In this document: in pieces, positions 10,258 to 20,680 of the stretch
How positions within the stretch are numbered: the first letter of the stretch is position 1
Layout of the letters: every line of letters begins with the position of its first letter
DNA from: an archaeon 13_2_20CM_2_53_6
Lineage (GTDB): Archaea > Thermoproteota > Bathyarchaeia > 40CM-2-53-6
Direction of reading: 5' to 3'
DNA: 64,000 bases
NCBI GenBank assembly: GCA_001915065.1
Contig: MNDT01000061.1
Coordinates: 2,954-66,953, forward strand
Position numbers and translations under genes: made by a program
The notes under the pieces: generated by a model
Told to the model about the DNA's origin: nothing
Databases searched by the model: none
Seen by the model: the letters and a program-made list of their open reading frames with translations, nothing else

Positions 10258-11265
10258 TCACCACTCTTCCTTCCATGGGAGCTCTGAAAGAACCTTCTCA
10301 GTCGCCAAATGCCCCCACCAAGAAGAGTGTTCACGATACCAATTCACAGTCCTCGTTAATGCGGCGTCAAATTCGATTGCGGGCTTCCATCCGAGCTGGC
10401 GACGTGCCTTTGCGGAGTTCAGGCTGTATCTGAAATCGTGCCCCGGCCTGTCATCAACTTCAACTAACTCGGCCGAGGGAATGTCAAGCAAACGAAGCAA
10501 ACGTTGCGCCAGGTCTCTATTCGACAATTCATTTCCAGCAGAAATGTTGTACACTTGCCCCGGATCTCCTTTCTGTATCGCGAGCTCTATTGCGGCACAG
10601 AAATCATCCACGTATATCCAATCTCGAATTTGTCTTCCCCCACCGTAGATGGGAATGCCCTTTCCTCGTATGGATCGAATGATGGCTTTGGGAATGAACT
10701 TCTCGGGGTGTTGCCAAGGTCCGAAGTTGTTCGTACACCTAAGAATAACTGTTTGAAGCTTGTATGTCGCGGCCCAAGCACACACGATTAGGTCGGCGGC
10801 GGCTTTGGTTGCCGAGTAAGGGCTGGACGGATTAAGGGGACTCTCTTCGTCAAAAGACCCACGGTCGATCGATCCATAGACCTCATCCGTCGAAATATGC
10901 ACCAACCTGTCAACGTTCACCTCATTAGCAGCTCTAACGAGGTTGAAGACTGCCCTAGCGTTGCTCTCAAAGAATGGCTCTGAGTTCGCAATGCTTCTAT
11001 CCACATGAGTCTGGGCTGCAAAGTTCACGATTAAGTTAGCATTCTTCACGACTCGCCGAGTGAACTCATAGTCGGCGAGGTCCCCTTTGACGAAATGGTA
11101 ACGCTTGTCTTCGCTAATGTCTTGAAGACTTGCACGGTTGCTTCCGAGACTTTCGTTATCGATGTTAGTGACCCTGAGGTTCTTACGAGAGGATCGAAGC
11201 AGACGATGAACGAAGTTGCTTCCAATGAAACCTAGACCTCCAGTTACAATGATTTGATCTGTCAA
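10258..11265 (-). CDS. rfbB: dTDP-glucose 4,6-dehydratase
   Basis: VTGGLGFIGSNF, AAQTHVDRSI, HISTDEVYG, YSATK, DRPGHDFRY. Confidence 0.93.
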   Translation of the reverse strand: MTDQIIVTGGLGFIGSNFVHRLLRSSRKNLRVTNIDNESLGSNRASLQDISEDKRYHFVKGDLADYEFTRRVVKNANLIVNFAAQTHVDRSIANSEPFFESNARAVFNLVRAANEVNVDRLVHISTDEVYGSIDRGSFDEESPLNPSSPYSATKAAADLIVCAWAATYKLQTVILRCTNNFGPWQHPEKFIPKAIIRSIRGKGIPIYGGGRQIRDWIYVDDFCAAIELAIQKGDPGQVYNISAGNELSNRDLAQRLLRLLDIPSAELVEVDDRPGHDFRYSLNSAKARRQLGWKPAIEFDAALTRTVNWYREHSSWWGHLATEKVLSELPWKEEW

Positions 11266-11364
11266 ATAACGGTGGCCTCTGTCATTCCGGTCATGGCACT
11301 TTCAGCCACTCGCTGCCTTTCACTCAAGCTTGAAAAGGCATGCATCCTGTGTTGTGTTTCGCTC

Positions 11365-12288
11365 TTGGACAAGCTTCTTGTCGTTGGTTCCACTGGGTTA
11401 GTAGGATCGAAAATTGCCTCTTTGGCTCATGGTTATGAATTTGAGACGTATAACACTCATAACTCCAGACCTTCGCCCTTTCCAAACTCGACAAAGCTCG
11501 ACATTACGGACCGAGACGCCACTATGACTTTATTGGCCAAGATCCGCCCTTATGCGATAATCAACGTTGCGGCCCTGACAAATGTGGACTATTGTGAGAC
11601 TCATAAGGAAGAAGCTGAACGGGTTAACGTTGGCGGGGCTACGAGCCTAGCTGATGCGGCGCGTCAGAACAACAGCAGATTTGTCCACGTATCAACCGAC
11701 TCGGTGTTCGATGGAACGTATGGCCACTACACTGAAGACGATATGCCCAATCCGATCAACCACTATTCGAAGACTAAGCTGGATTCCGAGACTGTTGTAG
11801 CTCAGCTCTTGAGCTACGCGATTGCTAGACCTAGCGTCGTTTATGGTTGGCATGCTCGGGTTGGTAGAACACCTTCCGGTTCGACGAAAGCGATGAACTT
11901 TGCCATGTTTGTTTTGGACAGGCTCGGCAAGAGTGAGCCGGTTAGGGTCGTTAGAGACCAGTATAGTTCTCCCACGTTTGCAGACAACTTGGCTCATTCA
12001 CTGCTCAGACTCGCAAGGCTAACCGAGAATGGCATCTTTCATACGGCAGGCAGGTCATGTCTTAGCCGCTACGAGTTTGCCCTATTGTTGGCCAAGATTT
12101 TCGGGTACCCGCCTGATTTGGTGCAACCTGTCTCTACTGGTGAATTCGATCAGGCGGCCCAAAGGCCAAAGAATTGCTGCCTCCGAGTCGAGAAGGCGGA
12201 GAAGGCCCTAAAAATGCACTTTCTAACTGCGCAAGAGGGATTGATTGAGATGAAGAAACAGGCCCGGTCCAAGCCCAATGACCGTTGA
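11365..12288 (+). CDS. rfbD: dTDP-4-dehydrorhamnose reductase
   Basis: VGSTGLVG, AALTNVDYCE, STDSVFDG, YSKTK, DQYSSPT; start placed at TTG 11365. Confidence 0.88.
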   Translation: MDKLLVVGSTGLVGSKIASLAHGYEFETYNTHNSRPSPFPNSTKLDITDRDATMTLLAKIRPYAIINVAALTNVDYCETHKEEAERVNVGGATSLADAARQNNSRFVHVSTDSVFDGTYGHYTEDDMPNPINHYSKTKLDSETVVAQLLSYAIARPSVVYGWHARVGRTPSGSTKAMNFAMFVLDRLGKSEPVRVVRDQYSSPTFADNLAHSLLRLARLTENGIFHTAGRSCLSRYEFALLLAKIFGYPPDLVQPVSTGEFDQAAQRPKNCCLRVEKAEKALKMHFLTAQEGLIEMKKQARSKPNDR

Positions 12289-12404
12289 ATCGAATGCCTG
12301 CTGGTTCGAATAAGCGGCGTCGGAGCGGGCGATATACGTCCGCATGAATGTGCATATCCGAAGGCGAGGAGAGAGGAATTTGGTTGTTCTCGACGTTATC
12401 CTTC

Positions 12405-13415
12405 TTACACACTGATTACACCTCTGATTTGCAATGCCGAGTCCTGAAGTGACTTCCTTATCGCCACCCTAAAGTTGCGGTTCCTGATCTGCCTTACCAC
12501 CGTAGATAGAGGGAGCCCAAGAATGGCATCGACAAAGAAGAGGAACTGCAGAAGGTTCGGACGCATATTCCATTTACGAGCGAATAAGATCATACTCCTG
12601 CAGAAAAGATACCTTCTCGTTGCGCTCTCCATCTGTAGTACACCTCCATGACCCTGACGATGCTCCACTTTAACGCTAGAGAGCAGGATTCTTTTGATTC
12701 CCGCTCTTTCAGCCCTCTTGGCAAGATCTACATCGTTCCACCAGACGGGAAAGCGGGGGTCAAAGATGATCCCGAGGTTCTCAATCGCGCGACGGCTTAG
12801 AAGTAGAAAGCTTGCTCCTGGTGACTCGACAGAAACTGTTTCAGGAAAATTCTCGTCCTGATAGGTGTATCTTCTTCGGACGAGATGGTTCATCAACTTC
12901 CCATCTAGAAAAGACCCCACATAGCCGAAGTCGAAGAAGACTCGTGTGACGGTGGGAAAACGCCTCGTGACTACCCTCTGGGTCTTGCCGTTTTCGTGAA
13001 CCATCTCTGTCGTCATGATTGCATTCGTGTGAGAGGTTCCGTAACGCAATAATTCTAAGAACCCTGTGTTAAAAGCAACGTCAGGGTTGCACAGCAAGAT
13101 CCAATTTCCTCTTGCTTTCCGGTACGCCTGGTCTGTAGCCCTTGATAGACCCACATTTTTCGAATTGTACGCTACCTTCAGCCCTATACCCTTGAAGGTC
13201 AATTCGCTTTCTTGAAGGTATTCGACAGTACCATCTGTTGAGCCATTGTCAACTACCAGGGTTTCTATTTCAATAGGAAGATCCTTCAGTCTGGCCAGTG
13301 ACATGAGACAGGTCATAATCGCATTTCTGCAATTCCACGTGACGATCAATATTGAAACCATGCCTAGCTGTCGGGCGATTGGGGATTCGCTTGAGGTTTT
13401 GCGAGGTTTCGCCAT
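12405..13415 (-). CDS. GT2 glycosyltransferase (WbbL/rhamnosyltransferase-like)
   Basis: SILIVTWN, VDNGSTDGT, NVG, LCNPD. Confidence 0.85.
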   Translation of the reverse strand: MAKPRKTSSESPIARQLGMVSILIVTWNCRNAIMTCLMSLARLKDLPIEIETLVVDNGSTDGTVEYLQESELTFKGIGLKVAYNSKNVGLSRATDQAYRKARGNWILLCNPDVAFNTGFLELLRYGTSHTNAIMTTEMVHENGKTQRVVTRRFPTVTRVFFDFGYVGSFLDGKLMNHLVRRRYTYQDENFPETVSVESPGASFLLLSRRAIENLGIIFDPRFPVWWNDVDLAKRAERAGIKRILLSSVKVEHRQGHGGVLQMESATRRYLFCRSMILFARKWNMRPNLLQFLFFVDAILGLPLSTVVRQIRNRNFRVAIRKSLQDSALQIRGVISV

Positions 13416-13637
13416 GATTTTACAGTGTCATTTTTTAGTTTGGGGCTTCCATGAACTATTGAAGCCTGTGTCGAGATCTCTCATGGTATTCACGTTATCC
13501 CATGACTTTATGATCATCGCCTGGTTAGGGCAGAATACAATTGCAAAGACTTCGCAAATTAGTCAAATTGAATTTGACTATTCATCGACTATTTGCATGA
13601 AGAATCGATTTGCAGGTTCGAACTGGAGTCGTTTAGC

Positions 13638-14135
13638 TTGACTACCCTGAATCTGGGATGCGCAAACGACCCTTGGGGAGATGTCAAGGTTGACATTTCC
13701 TTCAGGACTCAGACCGGTGCACCCTCGCATCCTGACATGATTGCTGATGCTCACAACCTGCCCTTTCGAGATGCTTCATTTGAGTTTACTCGTTGTTGGC
13801 ATGTCTTGGAACACTTGAAGAATCCACATCAAGCTTTGAGAGAAATACGTAGGGTCTCAAGTCATGGCGAAATTAGGTTTCCGTATGATGACGGTTTCAA
13901 GAGGGAAGCGATTTGGGGAATCTCGATCCTTCAACCCATGATATTCTGGGGTGCCATAAAGACCCGCAGCGTAAGGGCCCATCTTTGGAAGATTCATCCA
14001 GACTCGCTAGCGCATGGTTGCAAAGTCAGGCTGAACCATCACTTCCTATTCGCTCCGATCAGCGGCCGGAAGGCCCACTATTTTCGAGGCTTCGCCTTTC
14101 CTAGAATAAAGCGTGAGTGGGTTCTGACATACTAA
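13638..14135 (+). CDS. Class I SAM-dependent methyltransferase (Methyltransf_11-like)
   Basis: LNLGC, ADAHNLPFRDASFE, HVLEHL. Confidence 0.8.
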   Translation: MTTLNLGCANDPWGDVKVDISFRTQTGAPSHPDMIADAHNLPFRDASFEFTRCWHVLEHLKNPHQALREIRRVSSHGEIRFPYDDGFKREAIWGISILQPMIFWGAIKTRSVRAHLWKIHPDSLAHGCKVRLNHHFLFAPISGRKAHYFRGFAFPRIKREWVLTY

Positions 14136-14267
14136 AAATGTGGCAGTGCGACCGATTATAAGAACCGAGCAGACTAGGAAACCCGCCTTCAATGCTCCCT
14201 GATTCCAGAAATTTCAGAAAGTCTGTAAGTGGAAGCCATAGACTTGATTCTACCCGAGTTTTCTTGA

Positions 14268-14759
14268 CTATTTGTGCGGCGCCGAGTTCCACTCAAAAGG
14301 TTTCGATGTCCTCGGATCGACAATCCGGGGGTCATTCCACGGCCTTCTTTGTTCGTCAGGGTTACTGGCATCATAGAGGCGAGTTACCAAGTAGAGCGTA
14401 AACGAGGCTTTTGGCCCTAGTGTCTTCGTACCGTGCCAATAATGTCCCGGCACTCGAACCATCTGAAGCTTCTCGCTACTTGCGATGATTTCCGATAATT
14501 GTTTTTGAGTTGGGGAGTCTTCCTCATCATCGTAGGCGCATATCTTCATCGTGCCCTTCAGGACAATCAGGTAGTCCACTTGGCCTTTCTCATGTCTGTG
14601 CCAAGCTCTGATTGTCCCAGGATAGGTAAAAGACAAGTTCGATTGCATGATTCTGTCTTGTCCTAATAGCATCTTCCAGTCTTCTCTCATTATTTCTGCA
14701 AAGAAGCCACGTTCGTCCACCGATTTGTTGATGTCCTGAACCTTAACGCCTGGTAGCAT
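14268..14759 (-). CDS. rfbC: dTDP-4-dehydrorhamnose 3,5-epimerase (cupin)
   Basis: DERGFFAE, GTIRAWHRH, WHG, PDEQR. Confidence 0.88.
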   Translation of the reverse strand: MLPGVKVQDINKSVDERGFFAEIMREDWKMLLGQDRIMQSNLSFTYPGTIRAWHRHEKGQVDYLIVLKGTMKICAYDDEEDSPTQKQLSEIIASSEKLQMVRVPGHYWHGTKTLGPKASFTLYLVTRLYDASNPDEQRRPWNDPRIVDPRTSKPFEWNSAPHK

Positions 14760-14921
14760 GAGAACGGATCTGATCCACGTTTATTAAAAAGCATCTAACT
14801 GTATTCCAGTAAACAATTGAGAATCCTAATCTAGTAGTCTGATCAATCTTTCCAATCGATGAAATGGGTGTTTTCAAATGATCGATCCTCAAATGGTCCC
14901 GCCTTGTGAGACGGCCCAACA

Positions 14922-16163
14922 ATGATGCTTCTATCGAACCTTTCGGCGTGTAGAGCTTGCGGTAGCTCTCAACTGAGACTTGGCCTTGACCTAGGCCGGC
15001 TCCCGCTTGCGAATTCGTTTCTGTCGCGCCAGCGTGCCATGGACGCGACCCCCGACCCACTATATCCGCTAAGAGTATTTCGTTGCGAGAATTGCGGGCT
15101 CATCCAACTCCTTGACGTGGTTGACAAGAAAGAGATGTTTGACGATTACGTTTTCCTAACATCAACTGCTAGAACGACAGTGCTTCACTTCGACCGTTAT
15201 GCCGAAGAACTGACCAAGAGACTATCTCTGAACTCGGAGGATCTAGTGGTTGACATAGGGAGTAACGACGGTACCCTGCTTAAGGCCTTCAAACAACGAG
15301 GCACTCGAGTCTTGGGAATAGAGCCCGCCCACAACCTAGCCATCCGAGCTACGAAAGAGGGGATACCCACCCTTAACGAGTACCTTGGACCGGAAACGGT
15401 GGAACGAATTGGGAGAAGTCAGTCGCGACTGGTAACAGCAAACAATGTTGTATCGCATGTCAACGACTTGAACGGATTCATGAAAACAGTATCCATGCTT
15501 CTGGCCCCCCAAGGGCTCTTTGCGTTCGAGGTCCCCTGGGTGGTCGATGTCATGCACAATTACAATTTCGACATCATCTATCATGAACACCTCTCTTATT
15601 TTGGGTTCAAGCCTCTAGCACGAGTATTGGAGAGTCACAACCTGGAGCTGATCGACCTGCAACAATTCCCCGAAATACATGGAGGCACTCTACGAGGATT
15701 GGCATCACATACTGATGCCTTCGCGAAGCGATCTGACGTCCTCAAGAAAGCATTCCTCAATGAAGAAAGGGGGGCAAGCTTTCAAGCGCTTGAACAATTT
15801 GCGAACCAGGTCTACTCCATCAAGACTAGGTTATCAGAGATGCTTCACAGGCTGAAGAAAGAAGGAAAGAAGATCGTTGGTTACGGCGCCCCCGCCAAAG
15901 CCACGATCCTGCTGAACTATTGCTCCATAGACAGGTCTGTGCTCGATTTCGTTACCGATACCACCCCTTTGAAGCAGGGCAGATTCGTTCCAGGAGTACG
16001 AATCCCCATAGTTTCGCCAAACGAATTGGGAAAATCAAGGCCTGATTACGCCCTTCTCCTAGCTTGGAATTTCAAGGATGAAATTGTTCAGAAGGAGCAG
16101 GAATACCTCAAGTCGGGTGGAAAGTTCATAATTCCCTTTCCAGAACCAAGAATCTTGAATTAA
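14922..16163 (+). CDS. NDP-hexose C-methyltransferase (Zn domain + SAM domain + C-terminal domain)
   Basis: CRACG, LPLANSF, CENCGLIQL, DIGSNDGTLL, IYHEHLSYF, HGGTLR, YGAPAKA, LAWNF. Confidence 0.88.
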   Translation: MMLLSNLSACRACGSSQLRLGLDLGRLPLANSFLSRQRAMDATPDPLYPLRVFRCENCGLIQLLDVVDKKEMFDDYVFLTSTARTTVLHFDRYAEELTKRLSLNSEDLVVDIGSNDGTLLKAFKQRGTRVLGIEPAHNLAIRATKEGIPTLNEYLGPETVERIGRSQSRLVTANNVVSHVNDLNGFMKTVSMLLAPQGLFAFEVPWVVDVMHNYNFDIIYHEHLSYFGFKPLARVLESHNLELIDLQQFPEIHGGTLRGLASHTDAFAKRSDVLKKAFLNEERGASFQALEQFANQVYSIKTRLSEMLHRLKKEGKKIVGYGAPAKATILLNYCSIDRSVLDFVTDTTPLKQGRFVPGVRIPIVSPNELGKSRPDYALLLAWNFKDEIVQKEQEYLKSGGKFIIPFPEPRILN

Positions 16164-16198
16164 GCCCACCTTCAACTCGCCAACGTAGGTCCATGTGA

Positions 16199-16858
16199 AT
16201 GACTGGGGAGATAATTGCAACGATAGCAATCGTCACGGCGGTAAGAACGTTCTGGATTGCCACCCGTCCACTCCCGCACGATGTGCAGCCGGCCATCATG
16301 GTAGGATTGCGAAGGATTCTGCGGGTTCTTAGTAGTGAGGTCAAGGTCGAAGGGAATGCGCCTTATGGCTTAGTCTGGTATGGGATCAATCTACCTTTCG
16401 CCAAACTTGCCGCTTACGACGGTCGAAGATGGATGATCGCACTCGCGCTCGTTGACAGTCTCTTTCTCTGGCTAAGCCAGACCTTGGGTCTCTTAGGATT
16501 CGCCGCTTACCTGTTCATAGGTACTTTCCAACTCCTTCGCGCTCCCTGGAATGTAACGATAGACTGGATTATTGTCTTGGGACCCATTGCCTGGTGGTTC
16601 CTAATCATTGCGCCAATCGCCAAGCTGCCGATAGGTCTGCCGTTGCACGCGTTCGGGGATACTGGCCGCGGGCTTTTCTATCAACACAACTACATCTATT
16701 ATGGCCTGCTCGGAACACTCTGGCTGATTGTCTTCTTCGATCTCTTCCTTCAAGCGATCCGTGATCTATCAATAGTCGCGTTTGGATTCGCATGGGCTCC
16801 TCTTTTGGGGTATCTATACCTGAGGAGGCGTTCAAGTGGAGCCTTACATCCGAAGTAA
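16199..16858 (+). CDS. Multi-TM membrane protein, possibly GT-C-like
   Basis: Hydrophobic ORF with a PYGLVWY motif, inside the glycan cluster. Confidence 0.55.
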   Translation: MTGEIIATIAIVTAVRTFWIATRPLPHDVQPAIMVGLRRILRVLSSEVKVEGNAPYGLVWYGINLPFAKLAAYDGRRWMIALALVDSLFLWLSQTLGLLGFAAYLFIGTFQLLRAPWNVTIDWIIVLGPIAWWFLIIAPIAKLPIGLPLHAFGDTGRGLFYQHNYIYYGLLGTLWLIVFFDLFLQAIRDLSIVAFGFAWAPLLGYLYLRRRSSGALHPK

Positions 16859-16868
16859 TTGGCAACCC

Positions 16869-17978
16869 TCACACCTCATATTCTTTCAAGGTAATAGCAA
16901 GAGACGACTCGAAAGCTTTCGTGTTGAACGCTTCTGCTCGTGTCGAAGCATGGTGAGAAAGCCGAGCCCGCAACGTTTCGTTCCCCATAACCTTCGAGAT
17001 TAGTTGAGAAGCCTCGTCGGTGTTCTTCCATCTATATCCCACATCCTCGGTCACTATTTCACGTGGACCACCGCTGTCATGCACGACTGGGACACAGCCT
17101 GCGGCCATGGCCTCGACAATCGTGATTCCAAAGTGTTCGTTCTCAGCGCAGTGGACGTAGACTTTTGCCCTCGAAACAACGTCTCTTGCCTTTCTCAGGG
17201 GTGATAAGACCACCGAGAGGTTGGGGGGCGCATTCCTTTCGAGAGACTTATAGTAAGGGTCATCTGTGTTCGGTACGCTTCCGATTATCATAAATCGAGT
17301 CTTCGGAAGTTTCCGTGCTATCTCTGCGAGAAGATGAAATCGTTTCTCGGGCACTATCCGGCCGGTAGCTATCGCGATGTCTTCCCGATCGCTGTTAGAT
17401 GACTTGTAGAGCTCTATGGGGCATGGCGGATAGAGTGTAGTCGAATTCCTGCGCCAGATCTGCCTCACAAATTCTCGTGAATAATCAGAGACAGCAAGGA
17501 ACCTGTCTACGTGTTTAGCCCGGTTTCGATAAAAAAGTCTGGCTGGTGAATAATATAGCCTCCACAGGGGCGATGATGGCGCGGATTGCAGATGCCTAAA
17601 GTATTCTGGAAAATAGCAATACTGGACTATAGGGGCTCGGATACTCGGAACATATCCTACATCTTGAGTACCGAGAACAAGACTAAACTGCTTTTTCCCT
17701 GAGAGAACCTTACGAAATTGGTTCTGGTAGTAATATAGCCTCTGGTAAAGAAGAGCCCAAGATCGTATCAATGGTTTGAATTCTGGGTAAGAGAGCTGCC
17801 AGACCTTTTCAAAAAGCCCGTAGCATCCAAAGAAATCCTCAAACCGCTGAACGTCGAATTCTTCTGACAAAAGCGTGACTTCGTGTCCCATATTCATTCC
17901 AGCAAGCATTGAGTGAATGGCGACACGTTCACCGCCGCCCATAATGCTCATTCTAGGATGAACAACCAGAATCCTCAT
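16869..17978 (-). CDS. GT4 (GT-B) glycosyltransferase, ALG11-like
   Basis: GGGERV, GRIVPEKR, EHFGITIVEAMAAG, SGGPREIV. Confidence 0.9.
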   Translation of the reverse strand: MRILVVHPRMSIMGGGERVAIHSMLAGMNMGHEVTLLSEEFDVQRFEDFFGCYGLFEKVWQLSYPEFKPLIRSWALLYQRLYYYQNQFRKVLSGKKQFSLVLGTQDVGYVPSIRAPIVQYCYFPEYFRHLQSAPSSPLWRLYYSPARLFYRNRAKHVDRFLAVSDYSREFVRQIWRRNSTTLYPPCPIELYKSSNSDREDIAIATGRIVPEKRFHLLAEIARKLPKTRFMIIGSVPNTDDPYYKSLERNAPPNLSVVLSPLRKARDVVSRAKVYVHCAENEHFGITIVEAMAAGCVPVVHDSGGPREIVTEDVGYRWKNTDEASQLISKVMGNETLRARLSHHASTRAEAFNTKAFESSLAITLKEYEV

Positions 17979-18099
17979 CTATAGATCACCTGTTCATGAA
18001 TGATATTTTCAAGAGTTCATTGCGAGGTTGCAGACAGTTCGACAGCCTAGGTCGTTAGAACTCAAGGATTAAAGCAATCTCGTGTCCTGAATCGTCAGT

Positions 18100-18891
18100 T
18101 TGAAGACAAGCATCATAATCGTCAATTATAAGGTCCCGGACCTTTTGGAAAAGTGCTTGCAAAGCATTCGCGAGCACACGAGTGATTATGAGGTCCTCGT
18201 TCACGACAATGGTCCCCCCAATCCCAACCTGGGCTTTGCAAGAGCGAATAACCTACTCATACGCAAAGCCCGAGGCGACTACATTGTTCTCTTGAATCCT
18301 GATACTTGGGTAACTGAAGGTTGGCTCGAAAAGCTCATCGAGACAGCTCAATCGGATCCCAAGATAGGTGTCGTTCAGTCAAAGACCCTTCGTCCAAACG
18401 GACTCCTCGATAGCACAGGTCATCGATACACTTTCGTGTACGGGGTCTATATCCCCGGCGATAGAGGGGCTCTAGAAGTCGACAGGGGCCAGTATGATTC
18501 TGAGACCGAACTGAAGACCTGCACATTCGCTTCGGTCCTTGTGAAGAGAAGAGTGTTTGAGACATCGGGTCTCCTGGACGAGAAGATGTTCCTCTACTGC
18601 GAGGATATGGAGTTCTGCCTTCGTGCAGCCAGACACGGATGGCGAATAGTATATTGTCCTAAGAGTGTTGTATATCACGTCAGACATGGTTCGGCGTCCA
18701 TGGTAGTGAAGATCTCGCCGTGGCAGGTCTACTTCGCATATATACAATTCAGATATTTTGGGTTCATGCCATTTCTCGCCTTCATCTTCACAACAGTTGT
18801 CCGACTTCCAGCCGGTATAAGCCGCAAAGATGCAACCTATCTGAGGAGGAAGCTCTCCATGATCCCGAAATTGAAACGTATGGTCACGTAG
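18100..18891 (+). CDS. GT2 glycosyltransferase
   Basis: SIIIVNY, NLGFARANN, LLNPDT, FLYCEDMEFCLRA. Confidence 0.9.
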   Translation: MKTSIIIVNYKVPDLLEKCLQSIREHTSDYEVLVHDNGPPNPNLGFARANNLLIRKARGDYIVLLNPDTWVTEGWLEKLIETAQSDPKIGVVQSKTLRPNGLLDSTGHRYTFVYGVYIPGDRGALEVDRGQYDSETELKTCTFASVLVKRRVFETSGLLDEKMFLYCEDMEFCLRAARHGWRIVYCPKSVVYHVRHGSASMVVKISPWQVYFAYIQFRYFGFMPFLAFIFTTVVRLPAGISRKDATYLRRKLSMIPKLKRMVT

Positions 18892-19043
18892 AAAACCCAC
18901 AACCCTTCTCAATGCAAGGGCGAGTCAATGTTGGACTAGCTACTCGCTGTAACCAGAAGGCGACTTGCGAATGCGATATCCAGTAACTTCTCGTCTCGCC
19001 TTCCGGAAAGACATTGATATACCTTGAGGCCCCCAGCAGCCCC

Positions 19044-19544
19044 ATGAAATTATTCCACTGGTTGAGTAGGTCAATCTGGCGAAGCTGGTTCTATTTCAGG
19101 GCAGGGTATGGCACGTATATCGCTCTGCTTATGGGCTATGCTGGCAATTTGGTCGTAATCTACAAGCTCGCAGTGGTCGGCAACAAGTATCTGGAGGTCG
19201 TCTTCTACTCCTTGACAGTTTTCGCAATATTCGGTGTGCTTATTTCTGTGCCGACCGCCATTCTTCTGGGGCTATTTCACGTGAAGAGAACCGGAGCCTA
19301 TGCTGCAGATGCCTCCCTTTCAACTGAAGCTAACCCATACGTGTACAAGGTGATTCCGGGAAAGGAGCGGGAGGTCTTCTTACCGCTGATGGTTCTGACG
19401 GCCAAGGGATTGGCAAAAGTAATGCGGGAGCAGAACGCACTTACAAGGCAGGATAAGGAGGAGTTCGATCTTGTTCTCGCCAAAGCCGAGAGTCTCCTTA
19501 GAGGCCAGATGATCGGCAACCCCAGACAGAAAAATATTCCATAG
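19044..19544 (+). CDS. Membrane protein with an RSWFYFRxGYxTY motif
   Basis: Two TM helices; a paralog fragment with conserved peptide at 22972-23075 supports coding status. Confidence 0.7.
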   Translation: MKLFHWLSRSIWRSWFYFRAGYGTYIALLMGYAGNLVVIYKLAVVGNKYLEVVFYSLTVFAIFGVLISVPTAILLGLFHVKRTGAYAADASLSTEANPYVYKVIPGKEREVFLPLMVLTAKGLAKVMREQNALTRQDKEEFDLVLAKAESLLRGQMIGNPRQKNIP

Positions 19545-19559
19545 ACTTGATTCCTGCAC

Positions 19560-19764
19560 CCGAATAGCGTTTGAAGCATGGCAAGAATGTGGTCGACATA
19601 TTCTTGGTAGGTTTGCTCAATCCCAACCTGCCCTTCAGCCCAGTAATCTCTTAGCTCCCAACCCACGCCCCGCTTATCGAGGGCTGGTCTTGATTAGATT
19701 CACTGATTCACCGTCCATTCCTTGCAAACTTGTCAATGCGTTCCCGACTATCAGTTTGACCCAT
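19560..19764 (-). pseudogene. N4/N6 DNA methyltransferase N-terminal remnant
   Basis: KLIVGNALTSLQGMDGESVNLIKTSPR* followed by WELRDYWAEGQVGIEQTYQEYVDHI, resembling the beta-class GDxxxxL..ESVDL.VTSPPY.GLRDY pattern; motif IV broken by a stop. Confidence 0.7.
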
Positions 19765-19949
19765 GAAATGTTATCACCACTCGCCATTGGTGACCTACGA
19801 AAACACTCTAGATTGCGGACAGGAGAAGTGCTGATGTTTCCGATATCCGAGTAGTGGTCTCGAATGGTCAGTTCAGCGGGTACTCTCGAGAATAGGCCCG
19901 TTAATCGGATAAATTTTGACCACCATACATGGTTGAGCAGAGTTGAACG

Positions 19950-20424
19950 TGATGCGTCTGAGGAAATCGATGAGAAGGATGTTGCCTACGTCGCGGGTAT
20001 TATTGATGGCGAGGGTTCCTTAGGAATCAAGAAGGATCTATCCTCCATCAGGATGGGTTACTCGAAGAGCCCGCTACGTCACGAGCGAGTCCAGGGAAAA
20101 GACGGCTTCAGAGAGCGTTCTAAGGTTCATCCACCGTCTGTTTCATGGCAGTTTGTATAGGAGAAGACGTACCCAAGCAAGAGTGGCATCACGCCGAACA
20201 AGCCAATGTGGTGTCTCATTCTGTCCGATGCACGTGCGCGCAAGCTCCTGGAATTGGTTCTGCCTTACCTGCGCGTGAAAAAGGCCCAAGCAGAGTTCAT
20301 TTTGCAACTGGGCAAGAGCAAATAATCACCAGAGGCAAGAATACGGAGTTTTCCGGCTAAACGCACAATGAAGGCTGAGATTCTCCATTTTAGGGAGAAA
20401 CTTTACGAGATGGTCAAGCTCTAA
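19950..20424 (+). pseudogene. LAGLIDADG homing endonuclease remnant (frameshifted)
   Basis: DVAYVAGIIDGEGSLGI; in another frame ARKLLELVLPYLRVKKAQAEFIL. Confidence 0.75.
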
Positions 20425-20680
20425 ACTATTCACGTTCGACCTAGCTGTCGTGCACCCTGACTCGTTTTTATGTATTACACCTGTCCTTAAGGAATATTGA
20501 GCCTACCAAGAGCCTCACACTGAAGAAGTCTCAAATGCAGCAAGGACTTTCAACCCTGGAAAAGCGTCACTCGTATGATACGAAAGAGAGCGAGGAATTG
20601 GCAGGCCCAGGCGTAGTGGCTTTCGAAATCGAGACCGCTATCCTTCGCCTCTTTCTGCCGCTGGTAATCGGAGCGTTCAT

